64,000 bases of DNA. It comes from the human T2T-CHM13v2.0 reference genome, Homo sapiens. Positions 1 to 14,639 of this stretch are shown in pieces (within the stretch, counting starts at the first letter, position 1; every line of letters starts with the position of its first letter). The stretch is from the NCBI RefSeq assembly GCF_009914755.1, contig NC_060936.1. One strand, 5' to 3'. The notes below the pieces were generated by a model that was given only the letters and a program-made list of their open reading frames with translations, made no database searches and was not told where the DNA came from. The position numbers and the translations under genes were made by a program.

Positions 1-253
1 TGGAAGGAAACTTCCATTCATGGACAGATGAGAAAGCCTGTGCTAGAAGCCACCTTGTAGAAACATACCCAGGTTTGAGTAAACAGACACCTGCTTAGCA
101 CAGTTTCCATACTAATTTTTGCACATATATGATTCCAAGATTATTTTTATTAAACATCCGATAAGTATATATCCTTTGGTATAAATCCATCAGGTTTTGC
201 TGGACCTACCAGAAGTTTTAGATTCCTTACCCAAACCTCCAAAGTGTAAACCT

Positions 254-588
<335 letters not shown>

Positions 589-689
589 CTAGGTCATGCC
601 CCTCCCTAACCAATTTCCCAGGGAAAAAGCCTTTATGATGGGATTTCTCTGTCCTTTTGTTATATTTTCTGTATGGTAATTTGCTTTTG

Positions 690-1185
690 TTTTTGGCTTA
701 ACACAAATTTATTATTTTTCAGTTCTGTACGTCATAAGTCCCAAAGGGGTCTCCCTGGACTAAACTCAAGGTGTCAGCAGGGCTGCTTTTCATTTTGGAG
801 GCTCTAGGGGAAAACCTGTTTCCCTGATTATTCAGGTTGTTGGCTGAATTTAGTCCTTATGGGTGTAGGACTCTGGTCCCTGTTTGCTTGCTATGTTCCC
901 AACTTCTAGAGGCCACCTGCATTCCTTTGCATGTGCCTCCTTTCCTGTGTCTTCAAGGCCAACAACAGCAGATCACATGGTTTTCATGCCTCAAATCTCT
1001 GCTGCCTCTTCTACCACTTCTCTCCTCTTCTACGTTTAAGGACTCATGAGGTTACATTGGGCCCACCTAGGTAATCCAGGATAGTCTCCCCATCTCAAGG
1101 TCTTTAAAGTCTCCTTTGCCATGTAAGGTAACATATTCACAGGTTCCAGGCATTAGGGCATAGATATCTGGGAGATCATGCTGCC
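690..1185 (-). mobile_element. MLT1-family (ERVL-MaLR) LTR
   Basis: Typical motifs aatttatt..cagttctg, caaggtgtcagcagggctg, ggaggctctaggg and taaggtaacatattcacaggttcc. Confidence 0.7.
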
Positions 1186-1589
1186 TGCATGTGGTTGTCT
1201 TGAAGAGACAGGTAATTTGTTGGAAAGGGGAATGGGGGAACTTTTTGGAGTGAGGGAAATGTTCTATATCTTGATTAGGGTGGTGGTGGGTATTCAAATG
1301 TTAAATCTTTTAAATTTTAGTTTAACATCTATATTATTGCATTTTCCAACTGTTATATTTTGCTTGTAATTATTTATTTAGAAGCAACTTTGTGTGAGGC
1401 ATTGTATTAAGCACTTTATGTAATCATCTCATGCATTGTTTTCTCCTAGTACTCTGGTGTTATCACATAATAAGTTTACTTTAACCGATTAAGTTTGATG
1501 ATGCAGTGTAGTGACTAGAGTCTTTCAGGTACATATTGTTCCACTTTATGGCTATTTTCCATTTCAATTTAAAGGCCAAGGGGGTTTTC

Positions 1590-1740
1590 TCATTTACGAG
1601 TTTATTATAAAAGCTATTACAAAGGATACAGATGAAGAGATGTGTAGGGCAAGGCATGTGGGAAGGGGCTTCAGTTTCCATGCCCTTTCCAGGTGCACCA
1701 TACTCCAGGAACCTCCATGAACTCAGCTATCCCAATGCTC
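1590..1740. mobile_element. MER21-like LTR fragment
   Basis: tttattataaa..attacaaaggatacagatgaagagatg..ccaggaacctcca resembles MER21. Confidence 0.6.
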
Positions 1741-1856
1741 TAGTAATTTAAGTAATTCAGTGTAACCAGCTGTAGTACTCTATGCTTTAGGCAGGAATAA
1801 TTAGCTGGCATTTTTTTAATGTGAATCCACTTGATGACCTTTAAAATTTAGTATAA

Positions 1857-2180
<324 letters not shown>

Positions 2181-2659
2181 TAAAAACAAATTATTTATGT
2201 TCTTGAAATTGGTGCACTTACAATATGTGGTAGAGGAGGTGTGGCAGGACACATGGACCTTGCATGACCAAGGTACAAGACAGCAGACAGCTCAACTGTC
2301 TGTGTCATGGTGCGGCTTCCAGCACTGAGCCTAGGATCCTGCCCCCATGAGATGACACGACCTGCAGGTTCACCTTTAGAACATTGCTGACTTCAGTGTG
2401 GCCCTTTCATGCAATGTGCTGTTAATTAGAGTACTTATGGCAGAGAGAAGGACTTTTTCCCAGTGTGTATAACTGTACCTACTGCTAAAGCATAATTTTT
2501 AATCTAGTTAAATTTGCTGTGAAATTTACATTTATAGTGAGAGTGAGATGAAGTGTGGTGTGGAATGTAACCTAAATCTGGAGCCTCTAACTACTAACCC
2601 CTGATTTTGATCAAAAGAATCTGACAAGTACTCTATAGACAAACTGGCTTAAAAGGAAA

Positions 2660-3060
2660 GCTTTTTAAAAAAATATAGGTGCCCAAGTCCCATAACCAGT
2701 AATTCTGATTTAATTGATGTAAGGTGGATCTTGGCATTGATATTTTCCAAAAGCTGCCCAGAGAATTCTGATATGTGGCCTGGACTAACAACTGGTTTAG
2801 AAGCATTCACAACAATCATCCCCTAACAGTCCCTTGCCTAGGCAGAGGTTTCCAGTGAGCCCAAGAGCTTCCCACCCAGACCAGTAGGTCTAGAAATGAA
2901 ATGTTTAGAAACACCTGGAGGTACTTGCTCTCAGTCCATATCCTGGCCTACCCGACAGGGACTCTGATTCGGAAGATCTAGGGATGGGCTCAGGCAACTA
3001 TATTGTAGTCCAGCAGCCAGCAGTGGCTTATACAGGTGGACCAAACTTTGAGAAGCTTCC
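2660..3060. mobile_element. MER5-like hAT fragments
   Basis: ttctgatttaatt..gg and aagctgccca..gaattctgat motifs, present twice. Confidence 0.5.
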
Positions 3061-3339
3061 AGTGACATCCCAGATAGTCAGATTCCTCACTCATCCACTC
3101 TGTTCAGCAATTGTAGAAATGTTCTTGAAGTAACTGGAAAGATGAGTCAAATAGTATTCTTTAGACACAAGCATCAGAACTTCGTAACAGGAAAATGCTG
3201 TGTCAGGCATAACTAATCTGCTTGCCCTTGTAAATGCAACTCTTGAACTGGTATGCACTCTGATGAGTTATTTACTGGTGAAACCTGTCACAAAGCGTTG
3301 GGAGATTACAAAGAACAGAAGAAGGTATCTTGGTGGCAG

Positions 3340-4030
3340 CATCGTGTGTTTATTGAACACCCGTTGTGTGTCTAAAACTGAAATGACTGCTGGGGCTTAT
3401 GAAAATGAGTGAGATTCAGGCCCTGCTGTCACAAAAAAATATAAGTCTAACTGGGGAGGTTAGACATGTGCCCAGGTAGCTAGAATGTAATGTAATAAAT
3501 GTGGTCATTGCAGTAGAAAGGAAGTGCTATGGGAACAAGAGGAGGAAATGGTTCATCTACCTTAGGGTGGGAGGTGGAAGGTAGAGGTGGGGTGCTGGGA
3601 AGTGTCCCAGGGGAGGCAGCATCTGAGTTAGATTCCCCAGGGAGCAGATTTCTCACTGTCCCCATCCAGTGGGATAGGAGAAGAACCACACACACTCTGG
3701 GCAAGACAGAAAGATGACATGAGCTAAGGTTTGGAGGGATGGACATGTGTGACCAGTGCAGTGCAGGTGAATGGTATGGAAGGCAAAGATTGGCAGAGAA
3801 TACAGGAAAGGTAGTGTAGTGCCAGATGGAAATGGGCTTTGGATGTCATGGTAAGAAGTTTTGAATTTTTCTTTAGGTGAAGTCATCATAGATATTTATA
3901 CAGGGGTGTGACATGATTTCAGGATATAATTCTGTAACAAAGGGGGCGAGTAGACTGGAAGGGAGAGAGAAACTGGGGGCAGGAAAACCAATTAGGAAGC
4001 GATTGCAATTGTCCAGAAAAAGGATGCAGT
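3340..4030. mobile_element. L2 fragment
   Basis: tttattgaacacc..tgtgtct..ctgggg start followed by the purine-rich degenerate L2 body. Confidence 0.6.
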
Positions 4031-5849
4031 ACCACCACGATCATCCTCTTCCTAAAATAATGTATTCATCAACCTGCTTAGTTTTATTCCTCCTATTTCT
4101 GCAGCTAGAAAAATCACTTAGCCCTCTTGTGACTCAGAATTTCTCCCTATTAATAGAAGATGACAGAATACTTATCTCACCTCACACAGGGAGATACTGA
4201 GAGATGCTTGCAATTGTAGCCACGAAAGAGGGGGAAATGTTATTCCAAATGCCAGTGGCAGTAATTACTCTGGAGTAGTGAGGGGAGGGACACTGCCTTT
4301 CCTCACTAACAGTCCATTATAAAAATTTCAAACCTATAGAAAAGTTGAAAGTTGAGTAAGAGCATCAGAAATACTCTTTGGAGGGAAGCTTCTGCAGAAA
4401 TTCCAAGTACTCACCACCCAGGAAGTGGCATTTCCAATCTAAGGGCCCATTGCCTTCAGGATGAGAATGCCATTGCAGCCTATTTGGTTACAAACAGTGT
4501 TCTATAATATGAGATTTTGTAAAGAAAGGCCCATTTTCCCATTGTTTTCCATTACAAACAAAAGTGTAAGGAATGATATTCTTATTATTCCTATTGCTGA
4601 AATGGGGCTGGGGAGGGCCATATTTGAAGGAGTTATACCATCATCTACATGCTTTCAAGCTGTGTTTTGCCCTTTGGGGTTTGGAGTCTGCCCTTGTAGC
4701 AAGAGGCACGTAGTCATACCTTTTCCATCTGCTGCTGGGCCCCTTCCCATACTAGGTCTCCATTTCAGCACCCTGGACCACATCAGAATTCTTTCTTGTT
4801 TTTGGAAAAGCATCATTGATATCTACCGCAGGGTGTGTGACAGACATAAACTGCTTTAAGTTTTGCCAAAATGACTGTGTCTTCTACCTTTGAAAAAAAA
4901 TCTGTGCTCTCTATATTTGCTGAGTTGGTATAAGATATTCCAAGGGATAAAAAGATAAATAATGAAGAGACACTGCCCTCAAGAAGCTAACAGATAGGAC
5001 TGTGACCTAATGAAGAAGTTAGGAGGGTAGCATTCAGTGCTTTTTTAGAACAGTATCAACTTTCAAGATTCAAAAGGATGGTCGTGTTCAATGACTGATG
5101 GAGTCCTTCCAACTGGAATGGGGTGATTTGAACTTACAATGAGGAAACCCAAAGTACTTCATTTTATATATGAAAATCAAATGGTTATTGAGTGATATAA
5201 TAAGGAGACCTATCAGGAATACGTAAGGAGAAGATAATTTATGCTCCTTTCTAAAGTACATTTACGTAAGTAATGAATGATTAGCTCTTTCAAATGGAAA
5301 TGTTTTCTCTAGTACAGTAAATTATTCTGATTCATTTGTTCACTCTTAACATGCATTTCTTGGAAAACTTACTGGCAAAATTTGTCACAAAGCAATTAGG
5401 AGACTACAAAGTACAGAAGAATAGCCTTTAAATCCTTACACAAATTAGTTCTTATTTTAAGGACAGTTTAAATCTCACAACATCACAGCCTGCTTTTGCA
5501 TGCACTCTTTCATTTACTTGTTAGATTCCTTTACTGCAAAGAGCTCAAGGAAAACAACTAGAAACAAACCATGGCTATGCTGACAAGAAAGTGTCAGTTA
5601 TAAAGGGAAATGAATGAAGATTTATTCATTTATTAATAAAGTAATGTGGGCAGCCATTTGATAATTCTAATTTCTGATTTAGTCTTTAAAGTTGACTTAT
5701 TTGCATACATTTTTAAAAGTCTGTGCTGTTGCCAAGTGACTTGGAACTACACAGCATAGTTTACTTACAAATTAGATGAAAGCCTCTTTTAAAATGTCTG
5801 CACATATTGTACTTTTTTTCTCTTAAAAATAAGCCATTGTTGATTTATT

Positions 5850-6560
5850 TTTGGACAGGTGATATTTGTGAATGGAACAAAATATAAAAGGAAGGATATG
5901 GCATACAGTAAGTCAGTCTCTCCTGGCCACCCAGTTCCTCTCCCTGGCACCAACCACTTTTGACTAGCATTTTGTGTATCTTCTCAGGGGGAGTCTATGC
6001 ATGTACAAGGATATGCATTTATTATTGGTGTTATTGGTATGCAATTGTAGCAGACTCGTTTTTAATGACTACATAGTATTCTATTGCATGGACATAGCAT
6101 AATTTATTTAGTCAGCCATCCTATCGATAGATATTGAGGTTGTTCGTAATCTTTTTGCTATTGCAAGCAATGACTGCAATGATTATGTTTTATACACTCA
6201 TCCACCTTGTGGTGAATATATCTGTAGGGTAAATTCTTAAATATGGAATTGTTTGGTCAGAGTATATGAGTTTATAATTTTGATAATTATTGCCCAAATG
6301 CCCCCTTCAGAGATCGCACTAATTTGCATTCCCACCAGTAATGTATTTCCCCATACTTTAGCTGACACAATGTGTTCTCAAACCTTTGCCACTCTGAGAG
6401 ATGAATATTGGTATCTCATGGTAACTTTAATTTGCCTTTCTCTTAAGAGTCAATTTGAGCGTGTTTTTGTATGTTTAAAGGCTGTTTGAATTTTTTTCTG
6501 TGAACTGTCTATTCATATCCTTTACTCATTTTTTGAGTAGATTGTTGATCCTATTTTATT
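5850..6560 (-). mobile_element. Old L1M fragment
   Basis: catagtattctattg, ttcccaccagtaatg and ggtatctcat..tttaatttgc motifs. Confidence 0.65.
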
Positions 6561-7036
6561 TTTATACCTTATTTTGCAACCATAATGTTAAGTTCATTTT
6601 AGCCTCTGAACTCAAATACCATTTGTCAATCATTAGTCCAAATAAAAAAAAAGTGGAGCCACTTAATAATCCTAACGCACAGTTTGAAACATAATTCATT
6701 GATGCCTGACTTTTCCTTCTCAACTAGTTTTAATCTCAAATTTTAATGGGAACTGTCCTCACTCCTTAGGCCCAGTCAGGGTCAAAGAGTCCTGGGTTTT
6801 ATTTGTTTTATTTGAACCCCAGGAGAGTTGCTTGTCTGAAGCTCTGTTTTAGCAATAGATTATTTATACAAACTCTCTGATAAATTTTAACTCATTAAAT
6901 AGCAGCGTTAATATACTCATCTAGCACCACATTCCCTGCCTTCTGCATGAGCAGAGGAGAGAGAGTGATACTATTAAATATTCAAAAGCCTTTATCCTTA
7001 TCCCAACCCCTCCATAGGAAGATGCTATCTTGCCTG

Positions 7037-7600
<564 letters not shown>

Positions 7601-7735
7601 AAAGAAGAAGAAGAAGGGAGAGGAGGAGGAGGAGGAGGATGAGAAGGAGGAGGAGGAGGAGGAGGAGGAGAAGGAGAAGAAGAGAAGGAAGAGGCAGAGG
7701 GGGAGGAGGAGGAGGACTAGAAGGAGGAGGAGGAA
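7601..7735 (+). repeat. (GGA/GAA)n purine-rich tract
   Basis: Seen directly. Confidence 0.9.
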
Positions 7736-8369
7736 TTATCTTATTATCTTGCCCATTAAATAAAAAAGCGTAAAAGTCCCTTGCTTCTTTCTTTTTCAGA
7801 ATGGGGATAGTTTAAAAGTGTCTGTTTGCAATCCCCAAATATCATATTGCTTTTGGCAGCTGATATTCTTTAGCAGCTGATTAAGTGATACATATTTTAC
7901 ACAAAACAGAATATCCTGAATCAAAGGGATTTTGAATATTTATTTGAACTGGCTTTATCTCAGGTATATATCTGGAATTCACTGAAAATAAAATGGGTGG
8001 TAAGGACTCAAAGATGACAGAGGATAGCAACAACAATAACAAGATGGAGATCAGGAAGTAGGTATGCAAATACCTGTAGGTTGGATGTATATAGGAAAAG
8101 CTACCATATCAAACTGGGCAGAAGCAACCAATCCAGAAAAATAACTTCTAGCATCCAATCATATTGTGGTGAGATTAAACTCACAAGAAAGTTAAATGAG
8201 GTTTAGAGAACATATTCTCAACCCATACATACTTCATTGGAGCAACTCTTGTTAATCTTAAGGGGAATTATGGAACTCCATTCTTCCTTCTTATTTAGAA
8301 GAAAATAGATTCAAGGCCAAATTTGTAGGCCAAATTGAAGATATAACGAGATTTTTTTTTTAACTCATC

Positions 8370-8970
8370 GTCTTTGCCAAATTCTCTAGAACATAAAACC
8401 TGAGGCAAAGATTACTTGCTAAGTCTATGTTGGGTGGTGCAATTTCAGGGCTATAAAAGGGAATGAGAAAAAGGTGAGGCAGGAAAGGAAGGAATGCAAA
8501 TACTAGACGGTGTGTTAAGGAGCTGGACATAACTTCACAAAGAACAAAGCCTGTTGCTGGGTCCTGCATGTCACCTTGAAACAGTCCATCAGGTGGGGAG
8601 GGCAGTGGGAGGAGCAATGGGGGGAGAAAGAGGAATTTATCTTCTTGACCTCTAGTCCCTTGATTCAAAATTTAACTCTGATTTAAGGGAGCCGTTGGGT
8701 AAGCCAGATTCCACATCCCACTAAACTGCCTGGAAGAGGTGGGAGGAGAGCAGCCATTAAGGTATGAGGTACAGAGTCCCATCAGGTGAGACCCATGTCT
8801 GTAGCCACTGAGGTTCCTGTTGCAACAGGTGAGATGTGATCTTCCCAAAGCCCCAGCTTCTTCCGCAGGAGGCTGAGACAGCAGGCCCACGGATGTCCAT
8901 TCAGGAAGAGGCTAAGGCTTGGGGGTCAGGTGAAGAATCTTGAGAGACACAAAAATTGTTCTAGTATAGT
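8370..8970. mobile_element. Degenerate ERVL/MaLR-type LTR
   Basis: cctgaggcaaagattacttgctaag motif; weak similarity only. Confidence 0.35.
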
Positions 8971-9356
8971 CATGACTTAAAATTATAAAGAATAATTTTC
9001 AAGTCTTTTAGCAAATCCATGAATTGGTGTTTTTGTGGAGATATGAATGACTTTCAGTAAAAGAGTCACCGAATCATAATAGGTATGGAGGTGGAAATTC
9101 TATTATTAAGATTTATGATTACTGAAATATTTTCATGATTACTCAGATCCATTTCTGGACTGACCTTATGCTTAACCAGATGATGTTTATTATTAAAGCT
9201 GATTTTTAACGAGTGTTCATTAATAAAAAATGCTCTTAACCACAAGGCTTTGTTTCCAAGTGATGTATAATAATATGTGCTAAAACACGAATCTCAATTT
9301 CCAGATGCATATTTTACCAAAACACCTATTGCACTAAGGAAAATATGACAAATTCT

Positions 9357-10056
9357 TTTTTTTGTTTGTTTTTTTCCTTTTTCCCTTTGCTTTTTATTGC
9401 TCAGGAAACTATGATTGATTGAGTTTATGAACACATGAACAGGCAAGCACGTACACTTAAAAGATGAAACAAAGAAAAAAGTTGATCCATGTCATTCCAT
9501 GAGAAAGGCTGCCCGCAGCACTCCAGCTCAAACACAGTGTCCCCTCAAGCTCTCTATCCCCCTCCCCACTCCCTCACCTTCCCTCTGATTCAGGGAAATC
9601 AGATTGGGAGGTTAGTGCATCATTGACAGAGAATGCCCTCCTTCCACGCTCTGTAAGTCTCCCCCAGAAGCGGGGAAGGCAGTTCCCTTCAGTAGCGCAC
9701 TTAGGGTTGATTAGTGTTGGTTCCACAAGTTAAGGCACTTCAGGCTGCTTTAGTGGCAGCGTGGTTCCTCCCCTCCTTTTTTAAGGCATGTGTCCTCTAA
9801 GAGTAGTAAAGCTTTGGAAACTGTGCAGACTGTTAAAGTTGACAGCTTAATACAGGATCATTGAAGTCAGCAGGCAAAAGGATCCTCGGAGACACCTCCC
9901 TCAGACCAGAAGCTTCCAGAAGGCCTGGGCAGCTCTGTGTTTCGGCTGGGCATGGCACACTGGAGCCCCCCGAGGCCAGAGGGTGGTGCGTTCAGGTAGC
10001 AAAGACAGGTGGGCTCCGTCCCGCCTTCACCTGCAGCTGCCCTGGCTGCTGGTGGA
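9357..10056 (-). pseudogene. 5'-truncated processed retrocopy (mostly 3' UTR-like) of an unidentified mRNA
   Basis: Perfect 18-bp direct repeat GAAAATATGACAAATTCT at 9339-9356 and 10057-10074. Degenerate poly(T) from 9356, TTTATT (minus-strand AATAAA) at 9393-9398, TT|AGAA L1-endonuclease site, and a GC/CpG-richer interior that resembles no repeat I recognise. Confidence 0.85.
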
Positions 10057-11539
10057 GAAAATATGACAAATTCTAATTTTTCTGCACATTAATGTGCTGT
10101 GGTATAGGTCTAAGGGAGGGGGCGCAGATGGTGGTGATGGAAGTGGAAACAAAAAAATCAATGAAAGAGACTCTTGATAAAACAAGCGTCATATATCTAA
10201 AAATAAAATAATAACAAATGGTTATCCTAGCGTATACATCCAGATGACATTTGGAAATTTGCATAGAAGTAACAGAAGGGCTAAATGAAGCCTTCTGGAA
10301 AAGTCATAGTCTTTCAAACTTTATGTACTCTTGGATTCTAGAAACTCACTTCAGTTATTTAAGTGAAATGACCAGAATTAGTGTCATCTCCATACATTGA
10401 GCAGGAAGTTAACTTTGAGGAACTATACATGAGCACTTGTCCCTGAGGTTGTAGTATCTTTATGTCCTTTCCACGCCCTCGCCACAAAAAGCCCCAGCAA
10501 GAACAATCAATGTTTTCCTGCTTAACCCGTATTTTTATCTGAATGTACATTCTCCCTCCTCCCTCTTCCCTCTAGGCATTTGCTAGGCCCTTAGGAGGTC
10601 AGGCAACTTGCACTGTGGCACATGAAGAATATTCACATACTTCATATCCTGCAGGAGAAAGGAGACAGCACAAGAAATTCTGTTGTCACTAATTGAAAGT
10701 AGTTTATCACTTTATCTTTAGAAGGTCTAATGCCAAAACTTCAAGGAGATAATAAATAGTCCAGTCTGGGTTTGAGCCTGGAGTTTGGATGTCTAAGATG
10801 ACTCCGAGCGGATGTGGATTTACGTGTTAGTACCTGAAAGTGGGCACAGCCCCCACCTTGGAATGAATGTACACTTCCAAAGGACTCGTTCCCACAGGGT
10901 GGTGGAAGGAACAACAGAGACAGCTATGTGCCCACATGCTCAGCCATCTGCCATTCCAACCACATGTCTCTCCCCCCGTTTCCTGCAAATGATTCATCTA
11001 TTCTTTTTCTCCTTCTTCAAAGATAACTCTGTAAGCACTTAAGGAGGGGAAAGTCATTAAGAAAAGTGGAATCTGGAGTTATTAGGATGAGATAGAGCAG
11101 ATTAAACAATCTGGAATTTCACAAAGCAAACAGCACAGGGTGCGGACCCTGGGCCCGTCTCTCTCCTGCTGGTGCATCATTTCACAGGTTATCATCCTTC
11201 ATGAACAGGTCAACAAAAATGGCCACAGGTAAACATGAGCATATGAGTTGCTAAAGAGAAAGAAAGACAGAGAACAGCAGAAGTCAGGAGGATTCTGGAT
11301 TTTCCAACTGGAGCCTCTGTGCATCTTATCCAGCATCACAGACAGTGTCTGTCGCTAAGTGATGCCAAAGGTTTTACACCAATGAATGGGATCTTTGTGA
11401 CGTTTTCCCAATAACAGACCAAAAAGCTGCCACTAAAATCATGCTTTTAAAGGAGATCCTGAACAATAGCCAGTGAAGGTGATTATGGCCATGTCCCCAT
11501 GTCCATGAGGAGGTGCTTGGTGGGTATTTGTTGAATTGC

Positions 11540-12610
11540 ATCAAACTGGAGTTGGATGGGACTCAGTTCAAATCCTGACTCTGCTTCCAGCTTCTGGTAC
11601 ATTAGGCAAGTTGCTAAACCTCTGGGCTTAGGGGATAAAGACACTACCTCACAGGGTGGAGTGAGGAGTAGAAGATAATATACGTGAAGTACTTCATGTG
11701 GTCTTTGGAAAGAGGTAGATAGATAGGCAAATATCAGGTGATTACAAATACTCCTTATAATTTCACTTCAGTTTGTACCGCATCTCACACCCTGAAGCTA
11801 GCAGGGTAAAGAGCTCTCAGGAGAATGAAGAGGCCTCTGGCCCATTCTAGTATGGTCTCTCCCATCAGGAGGGGAAAGGCAAATATTGCATGGGACCTGG
11901 CAATAAGATTGAATGAGACATAAGCAAAGTCTGATCGCATCCTTATCCCCACCCCTTAACAGCCACTATATCCCTTGAGGCAAGTGAAGGGCCCCAGAAG
12001 TGAGGGATCTTATTGCTAAGTAGATCAGACAGAGTTCTTAAAGATTCTAATATGTTGCCTGTATTGTCTCATCTGTAAAATGGGTGTTAAAATAGCACTC
12101 ATATCTTGGGTTATGAAGATGAAAGAAGATAATCTATGTAAAGGACTGAGCACAGGGCCTGGGACAGTTAGTGATAGATACATGTTAGCTACTGTTGCTA
12201 TTTTGTATTCCATGTTCAATCTATGATATTGATTAACCTGTTTATTGATTGCTGGATTTTCATTTAGTAAATTAATTTTCAATAAATGATTTTCACTTAA
12301 GCATTTGTTCACGCAGTCACTTCATTCATTTATTTATCATAAAACATTTATCAAGGTCCTATTCTATACTGACACTATGCTGGGCTCAAGAGATGCTGAG
12401 GCTTTTTGGGCAAGAAGGTTGAAGACTAGGCAGGGAGAGAGACCTGAACTAAAGCAGGAGAAGGCAAGGTGTAGTATACACATCATGGAGACATGTATAA
12501 AGCATTCCTGGAACCCAGAGGAACCAGGAAGTGCTGCTCATAAAAGATGCTTTTTGAACTAGATCTTGAAGAGTGAGTAGCCCGAGGAGTTTGGGCTTGC
12601 GAATTCTAGA
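11540..12610. mobile_element. MIR and L2 fragments
   Basis: gttcaaatcctgactctg, ctcatctgtaaaatggg and ttcattcatt..aaacattta motifs. Confidence 0.6.
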
Positions 12611-13345
12611 TAACAAGAACAGCTTGCCAAAAGGGATAAAGTTGTGAAACAAACAAACAAACAAAAAACAGGGTTTGGAGCCAGGAGGACTTTGGTGTGA
12701 GTGGTGTTTGGCCATTCTGCCTGGTGCCTTCCTTTGAATTTAGGTTCGACCCCCTGTGGGGGCCACAGAGAGTCACCTGCAGCTCAGTCTTACCCCAGGT
12801 GCTGGGCCCAAGTCTGCTCTTAGAGGAAATGTAAGTAGCTTATATCACTCAGTATCGGGTCAGCTAGGCTCTGGGTTCTGTTCTGAGCTCCTGCTCTATT
12901 TCTAGCTGTGAAGTTTCCACTTGATTCCTGTCACAGGCTCTACCTTGTATTCCAGTTCAAATAACTGGGCTTTGGCCTTTGTTCTTTCTTCTACATTCTG
13001 CCTCTAAGTTTCTCTAAGACTGGAATTTTGCCTTTCCTTATCAGTCCTTCCTAGAACTTCAGTCCCTCCCAGAACTTCAGTCCCCTCCTTGGCCCTGGGG
13101 CCTCACTCCAGGCTGCTTGATCCACTTATGGTTATTGCTTGCTGGGTTCACCTTCTTCTCCTTTCTGCAGGTGGAACACAGACTGATGACAACCACGTGC
13201 TGAGATCCCCTGTTACTGCCTAGACACAAATTGCTATCTAGGTCCTGTTTCACTGCCTGGCAGAACTGCCTTGCTACTTCTGGTTTGGCTCGCCATTGCC
13301 TGAATTCCTAAACTCCATTCTGAATATTACTAGTGAAAAATGCAC

Positions 13346-13648
13346 GGCAGGGCGCAGTGGCTCATGCCTGTAACCCCAGCCCTTTGGGAGGCTGAGGCAG
13401 GTGACTCACCTGAGGTCAGGAGTTCGAGACCAGCCTGGCGAACATGGTGAAACCTCGTCTTTACTAAAAATACAAAAATTAGCCAGGCATGGTAGTGGGC
13501 ACCTGTAATTCCAGCTACTCAGGAGGCTGAGGCATGAGAATTGCTTGAACCCGGGAGGCAGAAGTTGTAGTGAGCCGAGATCACACCACTGCACTCTAGC
13601 ATGGGCTATATAGAGCGAGACTCAGTCTCAAAAAAAAAAAAAAAAAAG
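13346..13648 (+). mobile_element. AluS
   Basis: Alu consensus with A tail. Confidence 0.92.
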
Positions 13649-14639
13649 AAAAATGTGCTACTTTGGTATTGAAATTAGCATCCAACATCAGCTTTTGGAG
13701 ATACAGGTTATGCCATATACTTTGGTAAATTTCCCCCAAGCATTTAGACTTACAGAAGATATGCAGTAAAAGCTGTTGGAGTATATGCTACAAATGAGCC
13801 TTGGTGGTATGGTCCCAGGCCTTCCTGTGCTGATTAGCATTTTATGGCATGTATAATTTTCCTTAACATTGCTCAGGGGATTAGGACACTAGTCATATGC
13901 TGCCAGCCACAAGTTTTAAAAAACCAACTTAGGAATAAAATCACAACAGGAAATGAAGGCCATTTGGAAATTTGAGAACCCACATGTTCTCTATGTTATT
14001 TTCTTTTCTTATTTTTTTTTTTTTTTAGGAAGAGTTTCAAAGTTTCAACCTGTTTTAATGCTTGCCCATCTGGTTGTTTTATTAATGAAAACAGCAGCAT
14101 CTTCTAATGCTCTTGTGTGAGGCAACAGTATTTTCCCAAAAAAATCACAGAAAAAACTTTGGGATTTGATGTACCATATTTTGTCTTTTACTTTTTTTCT
14201 TTGAAAAAATAAATCCCAACTGGAGATCATTTTAGAGAGAGTATGTGCTTAGAAATATTCAGTGAGTCATGCCTGGTGTTGTAGGTCTATTCCGGTGCGT
14301 GGGGTTTCCAGAACAATTACATAAGTGTTAGCATAGCCAGGAACTTTTGACATTTGTGGCAGCCTAATGGAGTTCTTTTCATCATTGAAAATATTCTAAC
14401 TGTTGTTTCCTTAAATCTAAAATGCATAAAACTAGTGAAGCAGGATAAATTGATTCTGAGGCATTTCTATCCAGTATGCTTTGTTGGCAAAGAAACTGAA
14501 GAAAATTTACTTGAAATAAAATACAGGTGATCAAGCTGTTAACAAATACAGTGATCTAATCATCTGGCAGAAAGTGAGAGGATAAATTGTAAGTGAGACC
14601 TTTTTGTTTCTTCTCTTTCTTTTATCTATCAAGATTTCC

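Noticed and set aside
13053-13085. Direct repeat AGAACTTCAGTCCC x2
   Set aside because: Simple local micro-duplication with no other support; not an array.
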